NCBI GenBank assembly: GCA_013572355.1 | Contig: QBUV01000091.1 | Span: 950-64,949 of the forward strand | Source: Candidatus Methanogaster sp. | GTDB taxonomy: Archaea; Halobacteriota; Methanosarcinia; Methanosarcinales; Methanogasteraceae | Direction: 5' to 3' | Length of the DNA: 64,000 nt | In this document: in pieces, positions 55,585 through 64,000 of the stretch | Layout: each line of letters starts with the position of its first letter | Position numbering within the stretch: the first letter of the stretch is position 1 | The notes under the pieces: model-generated | The model's input: only the letters and a program-made list of their open reading frames with translations | The model's database searches: none | Told to the model about the DNA's origin: nothing | Program-made: the position numbers and the translations under genes

Positions 55585-55920
55585 TTGATGGAAGAGATCG
55601 AAGAGCGCGCACTTGGATTGATACGTCGCGGCAAAGACGGAATATTGCAGAACCAGCTGCGGCTGGAACTCGGGGTTGACGGCAGAAGATGTGCGCGCAT
55701 CGTCCGCACACTACTGGACGCAAAAGTGGCAAGACGCGAACTGGTGACGACAGGTAGCGTCCGGACATACCTGCTAAGGTTCACAGGCGGAGTCAGGAAA
55801 TATGAACTGCTGATAGCAGGGGGGAAGTTTGATCCGTGCGTCGGATGTATCGATGAATGCGATCCTGTCAGATGCGCCCGGCTGAACAAGTGGATCAGGG
55901 AACTGGGCGTGAGTTTGTGA
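55585..55920 (+). CDS. Winged-helix protein with C-terminal Cys cluster (hypothetical)
   Basis: ALGLIRRGKDGILQNQLRLELGVDGRRCARIVRTLLDAKVARRELV (wHTH-like), then CVGCIDECDPVRC. Confidence 0.5.
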   Translation: MMEEIEERALGLIRRGKDGILQNQLRLELGVDGRRCARIVRTLLDAKVARRELVTTGSVRTYLLRFTGGVRKYELLIAGGKFDPCVGCIDECDPVRCARLNKWIRELGVSL

Positions 55921-56132
55921 GTGAGATTCCGATCCAGCTATACAGCACCATAGCAGTACTTGTGCTGTTATTTGGGTTCTGGGCTGTTATGCTGATGGAC
56001 TGCTTGAAACGTCATGAACTTGAATTCCACTCCGAGATGCCGAATCCAAAGCGTATGTGGACGATACTGCTCATCGTCGGGATTCCATGGTGCGCTATCA
56101 TATACTTTGCCACCGTGAAGCGGAAGGATTGA
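55917..56132 (+). CDS. Small PLDc_N-type membrane protein
   Basis: Two TM helices flanking LMDCLKR...KRMWTILLIVGIPWCAIIYFATVKRK. GTG start overlapping the previous stop (GTGA). Confidence 0.55.
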   Translation: MSEIPIQLYSTIAVLVLLFGFWAVMLMDCLKRHELEFHSEMPNPKRMWTILLIVGIPWCAIIYFATVKRKD

Positions 56133-56220
56133 AGGGGCGGAGTTTTTGGTAGAGGAATAGGTATGTGAAGTGGGTTTGAATCTACTTACGGTATGTAAAT
56201 CGCGATTTTAAACTACTGTT

Positions 56221-57375
56221 TCAACCATGTCTGCCTACCCCGGTCACCGCATCGATAGCCCGCATCAGCATCCGGTTCTCTTCCCTCGTCCGGACAGCCA
56301 CCCTGACATACCGCCGGTCCAGACCCTGAAACGTTGCACAGTCCCTGACCAGTATCCCGTTGCCCGCCATTCTCCTTACCATCTCCTGCGAATCCATGCC
56401 TGTACTGCTGATATCGACGAGAATGAAGTTGGCAGTGCTTTCATGAGGGGAGAACCCGCGACTCGTGAACGCTTCCATGAGATACCGCCGCTCCTTTTGT
56501 ATCAAGGCAATCGAACGCTTGAGATAGTCCCCTTTTATGCATGCACCCATCATCTCCCTCCCGATCGCCTCGGCAGGCGCACCGACATTCCAGACGAGCC
56601 GTGCATGGTTGAGCAGTTCGGCAACCCCTGTTGATGCGATCCCGAAGCCAAGTCTCAGTCCCGGCACCGCAAACACCTTCGTAAGCGATCTCGACACGAC
56701 TACGAAATCCGAGTCAAAGACGGCATGAGCAACCGATTGGGCGGGATCTGAGAGTTCTATGAACGCCTCGTCCACAAAGAGGAACGTTTCGTTATCAGAG
56801 CAGCGGTCTGAAAGTCGCCTCACATCGCCCCCTGCGATCAGGTCTCCTGTCGGATTGTTTGGATTGCACAGGAATATAGCGCTCGCATCCGAGATCTGGT
56901 CGGATGAAAGTTCGAGAATCTCTGGATAATCGTGGTACTGCACGTCTGCACCGAAGAGCCGGCACTGGAACGCGTATTCATCGAATGTGGGTGCAGGGAT
57001 GATCACGCGATCACCGCGCTCGATCACCGTCTCTGCAAAGAGCCGGATGAGTTCTGACGAGCCGTTTGCAGGCACGATGTTCTCTGCCGTGATCCGGGTA
57101 GTGCCGTTTGTCCCTGAACACGCCTCAACAAAATCAGCGGATACGGCTCTCAATTTGGGATAGTTGTTGTCAGGATAATGAAAAATTCCCTCGATCTCCC
57201 GGATCGCGACCGGGATATCTGGCATACCCATCGGATTCAGATTTGCGCTGAAATCGATCATCGGCGGGTATGTATCCGTATACTCTGCTATCCTGCCGCC
57301 ATGTGTGCATGGAGCGCAGCCCTGCACCTCCTGCCGTACAAATCGCGTGATATCCTGCCGCATCGTAGGCATCAT
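56221..57375 (-). CDS. cobD: Threonine-phosphate decarboxylase-like class II aminotransferase (cobalamin biosynthesis CobD type)
   Basis: IDFSANLNPMGMP, LCNPNNPTG, SLTKVFAVPGLRLGF (PLP-Lys). 384 aa. HisC-type cannot be fully excluded. Confidence 0.7.
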   Translation of the reverse strand: MMPTMRQDITRFVRQEVQGCAPCTHGGRIAEYTDTYPPMIDFSANLNPMGMPDIPVAIREIEGIFHYPDNNYPKLRAVSADFVEACSGTNGTTRITAENIVPANGSSELIRLFAETVIERGDRVIIPAPTFDEYAFQCRLFGADVQYHDYPEILELSSDQISDASAIFLCNPNNPTGDLIAGGDVRRLSDRCSDNETFLFVDEAFIELSDPAQSVAHAVFDSDFVVVSRSLTKVFAVPGLRLGFGIASTGVAELLNHARLVWNVGAPAEAIGREMMGACIKGDYLKRSIALIQKERRYLMEAFTSRGFSPHESTANFILVDISSTGMDSQEMVRRMAGNGILVRDCATFQGLDRRYVRVAVRTREENRMLMRAIDAVTGVGRHG

Positions 57376-57378
57376 GGA

Positions 57379-57825
57379 TCACTGGAGGTACTCATCAAGG
57401 CTGCTCACGCCCTCGAGTTCGCTGGACTCGACCGCAACCTGATCAAAGAGACTCCTGCGCACATGGATCGGCGAGTCCGTCCGCACCGCGATCGCTATGC
57501 AGTCACTTGGTCTGGCGTCGATCTCCTTATGAGAGTCCTCTGCATCGATGACCAGCCGCGCATAGAATGTACCCTCGTCCAGATCATCGATCAGGATGCG
57601 TTCCACCTTGCCGCCGAGTTCACTTATCAGCGAGACTATGAGATCATGGGTCAGGGGTCTCGGCGACCGTTCTTTTCGCAGCGCAAGGTGTATCGACATC
57701 GCCTCTGCATGACCGACAAAGATCGGCATTATGCTGTCGCCGTTGGCAAGCAGTACCACTGGCGACATCTGCTTCGGGCTGCCAACCATGTATACGCCCT
57801 TGATTGTAGCGGCGACGGTATCCAT
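57379..57825 (-). CDS. Bifunctional nuclease (DUF151/BFN) family protein
   Basis: PVVLLANGDSIMPIFVGHAEAMSIHLALRKERSPRPLTHDLIVSLISELGGKVERILIDDLDEGTFYARL. Confidence 0.8.
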   Translation of the reverse strand: MDTVAATIKGVYMVGSPKQMSPVVLLANGDSIMPIFVGHAEAMSIHLALRKERSPRPLTHDLIVSLISELGGKVERILIDDLDEGTFYARLVIDAEDSHKEIDARPSDCIAIAVRTDSPIHVRRSLFDQVAVESSELEGVSSLDEYLQ

Positions 57826-57889
57826 TATCTCACCAGATTAATCGTAATACCCGGTTGCATACAGGGGTTGCATGATGTGGGAAAGCGGA

Positions 57890-58474
57890 TTAACCCCGCT
57901 TTCCAAGATGCGCACCGACGCTCGGTCTTGTCTTCTCTGTGCCCTTGCCGCGCCCTCGCTGTCCCTTCGACTTCCGCCCGGCACTGGTCAAGCCCCGCTC
58001 TGCCCTGCCTCGAACATTGCAGATCCAGTTGAGGCGCGAATCGCTTTTGATCACAGGATGGTGCGGATCGACCAGTATGACCTCGTACCATATATGTTTT
58101 CCATCATCGCCAACCCAGTACGAGTTCAGAACTTCCATATTGATGTATTTTCTGCTTGTGCGCTCCTCTGCGATCAACTGTATACTCTTTTTCGCAGTTA
58201 TCTTGCGCATCCCCATCCGTTTCGTCCTTCGTCCACGTATGTATCTCGATTTGCGCCTTCCGCCACGCCGCACCCTTGCACGCACCACAATGATACCTTC
58301 CTTCGCCTTGTATCCAAGCGAGCGTGCGCGATCGATGCGCGTCGGTCGTTCGACCCGGGTAAAGCTATTATCCCTGCGCCATTCCTGCAGACGCTGCTGC
58401 CTGAGCTCGCGTACGTACGTCTGGTCCGGATTCTTCCATGCGTCTCTTATATATCCGTAAAACGATTTTGCCAT
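57890..58474 (-). CDS. rpl15e: 50S ribosomal protein L15e
   Basis: [34 protein letters not shown]...[14 protein letters not shown]. Confidence 0.95.
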   Translation of the reverse strand: MAKSFYGYIRDAWKNPDQTYVRELRQQRLQEWRRDNSFTRVERPTRIDRARSLGYKAKEGIIVVRARVRRGGRRKSRYIRGRRTKRMGMRKITAKKSIQLIAEERTSRKYINMEVLNSYWVGDDGKHIWYEVILVDPHHPVIKSDSRLNWICNVRGRAERGLTSAGRKSKGQRGRGKGTEKTRPSVGAHLGKRG

Positions 58475-58672
58475 TATTATTTCACCTTTTCTGGTTCAAC
58501 TGCTCTTTTCACAGTCACATTCCAGCAATTCGGAGTTTAGTCTTATGGCGTGGTCGTTATTAAATGTTGTCTGTAACTTCCATCCTTGGGTCACTGGATC
58601 GTGACGTCGGTTTTGAGCGGATCTTTGAAAGATGGGGAAAAGATTGCAAGCGGCATAAGCCATGGCAGCCCC

Positions 58673-61360
58673 TCAAAGCTCCAGCGTCACACGCACCATT
58701 CCATGATCCCGCTCCGGCTCTATCGCAAAACCGCGGCTTTCGCATAACCCGAGCATGTTTTGGTTATCAGATAGTGCCTCGCCCCATATCCGCCGTAACC
58801 TGAAGTCTCTTGCGACATCGATCACCATATCCAGCAGTTTCCCGCCGACCCCGCGTCCCTGCCACCGGTCTGTGACCGCCTCCCCGAACTCAGCAGTCTC
58901 TTCACCAGGCTCGGTGATCAGTCTTCCAACGCCGACCATCCGGGTCTCGCCATCCTCTTTTACGAACGCCGCAATCGCAATCTCACGGTCGTAGTCGATG
59001 TTGCAGAACCGTACAGCCATGCTGTGGTCGAAGGACTGCGGTCCGAAGAACCGGTATCGCACAGTCTCCTTGGAGAATGAATTCACGAGATCGATCCAGA
59101 GCTTCTCATCCTCCGGGCGGATCACCCTGAGCACGATCTCGATTCCTTCCTTGTTGACCCACTTCTGCTGGTATTTCGTCGGGTATCTGCTGATGATGAG
59201 GTGCTTTCCAGGTGGTATCACAGTACCGACCTTCTTCGGGTCGATGATGATGCGTGCATCGAGCGCAATGATCGATTTATCGTCCACGTAGATCGGGTTG
59301 ATATCCATCTCGACGATTTCCGGGAAGTCTATGAGCATGTACGATATTTTAACAAGCGTCTCCTCGATAAAAAGGATGTTCGCAGGAGGTTTATCGCGGA
59401 ATCCCTTCAGGAGGCTGTATATTTTGGTATCCTCGATCATGCGCCGTGCAAGAACCTGATTCAGTGGTGGAAAGCCGAGTGTCAGATCCCTGAACAGTTC
59501 GACAGCGGTTCCGCCCGCGCCAAAGAGGATCGCAGGACCGAATAAGGGATCAAACTTGGAGCCGATGATGATCTCGTAACCCTGATCCCTATCGATCATC
59601 TTCTGGACCGTTGCCCCGGTGATCAGGGCATCGGGCTGGCTCGCTTTCGTGTTTGCAACCACGCGCTCAAACGCGCCCGCCGCATCCTCTGGCGTCGCCA
59701 CATCGAGAATCACGCCGCCCACATCGGTCTTGTGCGTCACATCAGGCGAGAGGATCTTCACAGCCACAGGAAATCCGATCTCGCTTGCAAGACTGGCGCA
59801 CGCATCTCTACTTTTAGCGACAAGCATCCTTGCAACCGGGATCTGGTACGCATCAAGCACGGATTTTGCCTCGGTCTCGGTTAAGATGGTTCTCTTCTCG
59901 CTGGCAACCGCTCTGAAGAGATTCTTCACTTCGTCCCGCCGCGGGGTGAAAGTTCTCACGATGTCGCCGGGCGCCTCGTAGAGGGACGCGATGTTCTTGG
60001 TGTACTGGTACATCTGCAGGTAGACATCGACAGCCTGCTCAGGTGTCTCAAAATTCGGGATGCTGTTTCGTTCGAGGATGTCTCTTCCGGATTCCACCGC
60101 GTCCGCACCCATCCACGACGCAAGAAGCGGCTTGTAATGCGGCATATTTCCGCTGGCAACCTCTGAAACGAGTTTCGCAGCACCGCCCGGATCAGTCATC
60201 GCCTGCGGTGTCAGGAGCACAATGATGCCATCGACGTTCTTATCCTGAAGTAGGTACGTAACCGCGTCCCGGTAGCGTTCAGGCGTTGCATCACCAAGGA
60301 TGTCGACAGGGTTCTCGCGGCTCCAGAACGGAGGAAGCACCTTATCCAGAGCTTCCACAGTCTCATCAGAGAGTTCTGCGATAACGCCGCCCTTATCGAT
60401 CAGCCGGTCCGCCGCAAGAACGCCGGGACCGCCTGCGTTTGTGATGATGGCAAGACGCGGTCCACGCGGTCTCGTCTGGACTGCAAGCGCTGCCGAGCAT
60501 CCGAAGAGGTCCTCGATCTCAAGCACCCTTATTGCGCCAGCACGCTTAAATGCAGCATCGTAGAAGTTGTCATCGCCGGCAAGGGCACCCGTGTGCGAGG
60601 CTGCTGCTTTTGCGGATCTTGCGAACCTGCCTGACTTGACGACGATGATCGGTTTATTCTTTGCAAAGTGCCTTGCCGCACTCATGAACTCGCGCACGTC
60701 TTTGAGGGACTCGATGTAGAGCATGATGCTGCCTGTTTCCGGATCCATTCCGAAGTAGTCGATCAGGTCGCCAAAGTCAACATCCAGCATCGAGCCGATC
60801 GATACGAACGCGCTAAACCCGATATGCCTGTGAGCGCACATATCGAGCACTGCCGTGCAGAGCGCGCCGCTCTGGGATATGAATGCGACGCTTCCGTGCT
60901 CGGGCATCAGATGCGCGAAACTTGCGTTTAAGGAAAAGCGCGGCATGATGATCCCGAGACAGTTCGGTCCTATGATCCGGATGCCGTAACTTCTTGCGAT
61001 TTTACCGATCCGTTCCTCAAGTTTCCTGCCCTCTTTCCCGATCTCCTTAAAGCCCGCCGAGATTATTATGACGCCGCCGACCCCGGCAACTCCGCACTCC
61101 TCCAGAATATCAGGTACGTGCATTGCAGGGACTGCGATGATCGCAAGATCGATGCGTGCCGGGATCTGCGAGATGCTGCCGTACGCGTGTATCCCCTGGA
61201 CGCTTGAGCGTACGTTGTTAACAGGATACACAACGCCCTCGTAGCCCACGCCGATCAGGTTGTGCAGTAGCATGTAACCGACAGAGCCCTTCGTGTTACT
61301 TGCCCCGATCACTGCAATGCTCTTTGGTTTGAATATCTTGTCGAGACCCTTGACGCTCAT
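58673..61360 (-). CDS. Pat-like protein: NDP-forming acyl-CoA synthetase (CoA-binding + ATP-grasp) fused to a C-terminal GNAT acetyltransferase
   Basis: 895 aa. N-terminus FKPKSIAVIGASNTKGSVG (CoA-binding), ligase and ATP-grasp regions, C-terminal GNAT (WQGRGVGGKLLDMVIDVARD). Confidence 0.85.
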   Translation of the reverse strand: MSVKGLDKIFKPKSIAVIGASNTKGSVGYMLLHNLIGVGYEGVVYPVNNVRSSVQGIHAYGSISQIPARIDLAIIAVPAMHVPDILEECGVAGVGGVIIISAGFKEIGKEGRKLEERIGKIARSYGIRIIGPNCLGIIMPRFSLNASFAHLMPEHGSVAFISQSGALCTAVLDMCAHRHIGFSAFVSIGSMLDVDFGDLIDYFGMDPETGSIMLYIESLKDVREFMSAARHFAKNKPIIVVKSGRFARSAKAAASHTGALAGDDNFYDAAFKRAGAIRVLEIEDLFGCSAALAVQTRPRGPRLAIITNAGGPGVLAADRLIDKGGVIAELSDETVEALDKVLPPFWSRENPVDILGDATPERYRDAVTYLLQDKNVDGIIVLLTPQAMTDPGGAAKLVSEVASGNMPHYKPLLASWMGADAVESGRDILERNSIPNFETPEQAVDVYLQMYQYTKNIASLYEAPGDIVRTFTPRRDEVKNLFRAVASEKRTILTETEAKSVLDAYQIPVARMLVAKSRDACASLASEIGFPVAVKILSPDVTHKTDVGGVILDVATPEDAAGAFERVVANTKASQPDALITGATVQKMIDRDQGYEIIIGSKFDPLFGPAILFGAGGTAVELFRDLTLGFPPLNQVLARRMIEDTKIYSLLKGFRDKPPANILFIEETLVKISYMLIDFPEIVEMDINPIYVDDKSIIALDARIIIDPKKVGTVIPPGKHLIISRYPTKYQQKWVNKEGIEIVLRVIRPEDEKLWIDLVNSFSKETVRYRFFGPQSFDHSMAVRFCNIDYDREIAIAAFVKEDGETRMVGVGRLITEPGEETAEFGEAVTDRWQGRGVGGKLLDMVIDVARDFRLRRIWGEALSDNQNMLGLCESRGFAIEPERDHGMVRVTLEL

Positions 61361-61721
61361 CCGATCGCCTCCCTATTTGGTGTTGATTGTTATGCGGCGG
61401 TTCTATTAAGACGTTTCGATGTTTTGGGTTTTAAGCTTCTCGAAAATCACGAATGGATCGGCTAAGAACCGATCCGAGAAGCCATGCAGCCCCGAACGTT
61501 ACCCGGAACAGCACGAACGAAAAAAAGAGATATATAGCATACGGACATCCTATATACTTATTAAGGTAAAGTATATGTGCACCGATCGCCTACGTGGTGG
61601 TGGCGATCTCGAAAATGCAGAAACGAACCGTTACATCCCAGAGGATGGTGCTTGGCAATTCATCTTTACTCGATTTCTCGCGTGTGTCGCTTACCTGTAA
61701 AATAACTGTGCGGACGTGAGA

Positions 61722-62600
61722 ATGAAAACCAGCGAGAGAATCATCGAAATCCTTCTCTTCCTCTCGGCAGCGACCGCGGTCTTGATCGTTGCGTTGATAC
61801 TCATCTTTCTCTTAAAAGAGGGGCTCCCGGTACTTGTAAAAGTGGGGATTGCCAATTTCTGTCTCGGAATGAACTGGAACCCAATCGCGATAGCAGGAGA
61901 ACCGTCGTACGGGATTTTCCCGATGATTGTGGCGTCGTTCTATGTTGCGATAGGGTCGCTTATCATAGCAGTGCCGCTCGGACTTGCATGCGCGGTCTTT
62001 CTTGCCGAGATTGCGCCGTCGTGGGCAAGATCGATACTCAAACATGCAATCGAACTTCTTGTCGGCATCCCGTCAGTTATCCTCGGGTTTGTAGGGCTTG
62101 TGCTGCTGGTTCCGTTCATCAGGGATCATTTCGGGGGCTGGGGATTCTCCATTCTCGCAGGATCGATCATCCTTGCGATAATGGCGCTTCCGCGTATCAT
62201 CAGCATCTCGGATGATGCGATCAGGTCTGTTCCGCGTGAGTACAAGGAAGCATCGCTTGCGCTTGGTGCAACGCACTGGCACACGATCAGGAAGGTGATC
62301 CTGCCAAGCGCACGATCAGGGATCGTCGCAGCAGTCATACTCGCAATGGCTACTTCCATCGGCGAGACGATGGCGGTCTTGATGGTCGTTGGCAATACCC
62401 CGATACTCCCGGCTCCGATCTATGATATTCTCGATCCGGTAAGACCGATGACCTCGAATATCGTGCTTGAGATGAGTTATGCGACAGGAGACCACGCAAG
62501 TGCGCTATTTGCGACAGGGATCGTGCTCTTCGTCGTGGTTGCTGTACTGAATGCGATATCGCACAAAGCACTGAAATCAAAGATGGGTACCAGACGATGA
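61722..62600 (+). CDS. pstC: Phosphate ABC transporter permease PstC
   Basis: EAA-loop region [43 protein letters not shown] 61722 (GTG 61716 also possible). Confidence 0.9.
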   Translation: MKTSERIIEILLFLSAATAVLIVALILIFLLKEGLPVLVKVGIANFCLGMNWNPIAIAGEPSYGIFPMIVASFYVAIGSLIIAVPLGLACAVFLAEIAPSWARSILKHAIELLVGIPSVILGFVGLVLLVPFIRDHFGGWGFSILAGSIILAIMALPRIISISDDAIRSVPREYKEASLALGATHWHTIRKVILPSARSGIVAAVILAMATSIGETMAVLMVVGNTPILPAPIYDILDPVRPMTSNIVLEMSYATGDHASALFATGIVLFVVVAVLNAISHKALKSKMGTRR

Positions 62601-63445
62601 CATCATTAATCTCACCGGCTACATCAGACAGGGCAGCAAAGGTGATGCTGTGGGTCTCCGCATCCATATCCATACTGACACTTATGTTTATTCTCGGTTA
62701 TATCGTGGTTCAGGGGATTCCTGTGTTGACGCTCTCGTTCCTGCTCGAATCACCGAGGTTAAGCGGGGCAGAAGGCGGCATCCTCCCCGCGATCGTGGGA
62801 ACGCTCTGCCTCCTGCTGGTGGCGCTACTTTCCGCGGTCCCTATCGGCATCGGCGCTGCGATATACCTTGCAGAGTACGCGCATGAAGGTGCGGTGACCC
62901 GCATCATCTCCTTCGGTGTCGAGTGTCTGGCAGGCATCCCCTCGATAGTGATCGGGCTCTTCGGATACGCATTCCTTGTAATCTACCTCGGATTCGGTTT
63001 CTCGATCATCTCAGGCGGGCTTGCGCTCATGTTCATGATACTGCCGTGGGTCGTCAGGGTCTCGGAGGAGTCGCTCAAAGCAGTGCCGGGCGGTCTGCGT
63101 GAGGCAAGTCTTGCGCTCGGCGCGACGAAATGGCAGACCGTGAGCCGGGTGGTGCTCCCAAGCGCAGTTCCCGGCATCACGACAGGGGTCATACTCGGGA
63201 TCGGAAAAGCGATCGGGGAGACTGCTGTCATCATGTTTACAGCCGGGTCATCGCTTCTGATGCCGACTTCCCTCTTCGATCCGGTGCGTGCGCTGCCGTA
63301 TCACCTCTATATCCTTGCATCAGAGGGCATCTCTGATCCAATGGCTTACGGCAGTTCGGTTGTGCTGCTTGTGATGGTACTTGTGATCAATCTTGCAGCG
63401 GTTGCGATCCAGCGGCATTACGGGAGGCATCATGTCAGAAATTGA
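62597..63445 (+). CDS. pstA: Phosphate ABC transporter permease PstA
   Basis: [40 protein letters not shown]. 4-nt overlap with pstC. Confidence 0.9.
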   Translation: MTSLISPATSDRAAKVMLWVSASISILTLMFILGYIVVQGIPVLTLSFLLESPRLSGAEGGILPAIVGTLCLLLVALLSAVPIGIGAAIYLAEYAHEGAVTRIISFGVECLAGIPSIVIGLFGYAFLVIYLGFGFSIISGGLALMFMILPWVVRVSEESLKAVPGGLREASLALGATKWQTVSRVVLPSAVPGITTGVILGIGKAIGETAVIMFTAGSSLLMPTSLFDPVRALPYHLYILASEGISDPMAYGSSVVLLVMVLVINLAAVAIQRHYGRHHVRN

Positions 63446-64000
63446 GATCGAAAGCAGAAACCTGGATTTATGGTATGGCAGCGCGCAGGCGCTAAAGAAC
63501 ATCTCGATGGCGATGCCTGAAAAGAAGGTGACCGCGATAATCGGGCCATCCGGATGCGGCAAGTCTACGTTCATCAGGTGCATCAACCGGATGAACGATC
63601 TGGTCAAGGACTGCCGCATCACCGGAGAACTGCTCTTTGAGGGCACGGACATCTACGGCAACAGCGTGGACGCGGTCGAACTCCGGAAGAAGATCGGGAT
63701 GGTATTCCAGAAGCCAAATCCGTTCCCGATGTCGATCTACGACAACGTCGCTTACGGACCCCGCGTGCACGGTCTCAGGAACAAGGAGGAACTTGACCGG
63801 ATCGTCGAAGGGAGCTTGAAAGCCTCTGCGCTCTGGAACGAAGTTGGAGACATTCTGGATCGGTCCGCGGTCGATTTAAGCGGCGGGCAGCAGCAGCGGC
63901 TCTGCATCGCCAGAACGCTTGCAGTGAAGCCCAAAGTCATACTGTTCGATGAGCCGTGCAGCGCTCTTGACCCGATCTCGACTGCGAAGATCGAGGATCT
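63432..64000 (+). CDS. pstB: Phosphate ABC transporter ATP-binding protein PstB; 3' end lies outside the window
   Basis: ATG at 63432 overlaps the pstA end. [26 protein letters not shown]..., Walker [10 protein letters not shown], signature [14 protein letters not shown], Walker B ILFDEP. The frame is open to nt 64000, so it is absent from the ORF track. Confidence 0.9.
   Translation, partial: MSEIEIESRNLDLWYGSAQALKNISMAMPEKKVTAIIGPSGCGKSTFIRCINRMNDLVKDCRITGELLFEGTDIYGNSVDAVELRKKIGMVFQKPNPFPMSIYDNVAYGPRVHGLRNKEELDRIVEGSLKASALWNEVGDILDRSAVDLSGGQQQRLCIARTLAVKPKVILFDEPCSALDPISTAKIED

Overview
This 64-kb window is chromosomal DNA from a methanogen-type euryarchaeon (Methanomicrobia-like); I cannot name the species from sequence alone. 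Lineage evidence: methenyl-H4MPT cyclohydrolase (mch), a homoaconitase/IPM-isomerase-type large subunit, GatD, Pus10, aTrm56, archaeosine tRNA-guanine transglycosylase, diphthine synthase, archaea-specific r-proteins (S4e, L32e, L19e, L15e) and two PGF-CTERM surface proteins. I call about 75 protein genes and 6 tRNA genes (Leu-CAG, Ala-GGC, Arg-CCG, Leu-GAG, Ser-CGA, Gln-UUG). I found no rRNA, no CRISPR array and no intact mobile element. Most of the window is housekeeping: two r-protein blocks, pheS, purA, queC, pyk, gatD, pstCAB. What stands out: (1) A predicted lipoprotein carries 16 CxxCH motifs arranged as four tetrahaem-like modules. (2) A dispersed family of intergenic hairpin elements has arms built from tandem heptads. 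The heptad sequence differs between loci in a concerted, pairing-preserving way (CACAGAG/CTCTGTG, CGCAGAG/CTCTGCG, CACGAAT/ATTCGTG). (3) The r-protein operons are broken and re-joined: L19e is coupled by an ATGA overlap to rpoD, the S13-S4-S11 block lacks rpoD, and L24 has no L14 upstream. (4) There are several decayed gene relics: MNT plus a truncated HEPN, a MazF-like stub with an antitoxin tail, a partial duplicate of the signal peptidase gene, and a beta-helix surface-protein stub. (5) An AT-rich one-gene islet (ComF-like PRTase) sits beside tRNA-Arg. (6) There are unusual fusions: CDF transporter + NifX/NifB-like domain, NhaP + RCK, and ScpB + an unknown C-terminal domain. All functional calls come from motif recognition by eye on the supplied ORF translations and the raw sequence. 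No database search or folding program was run.
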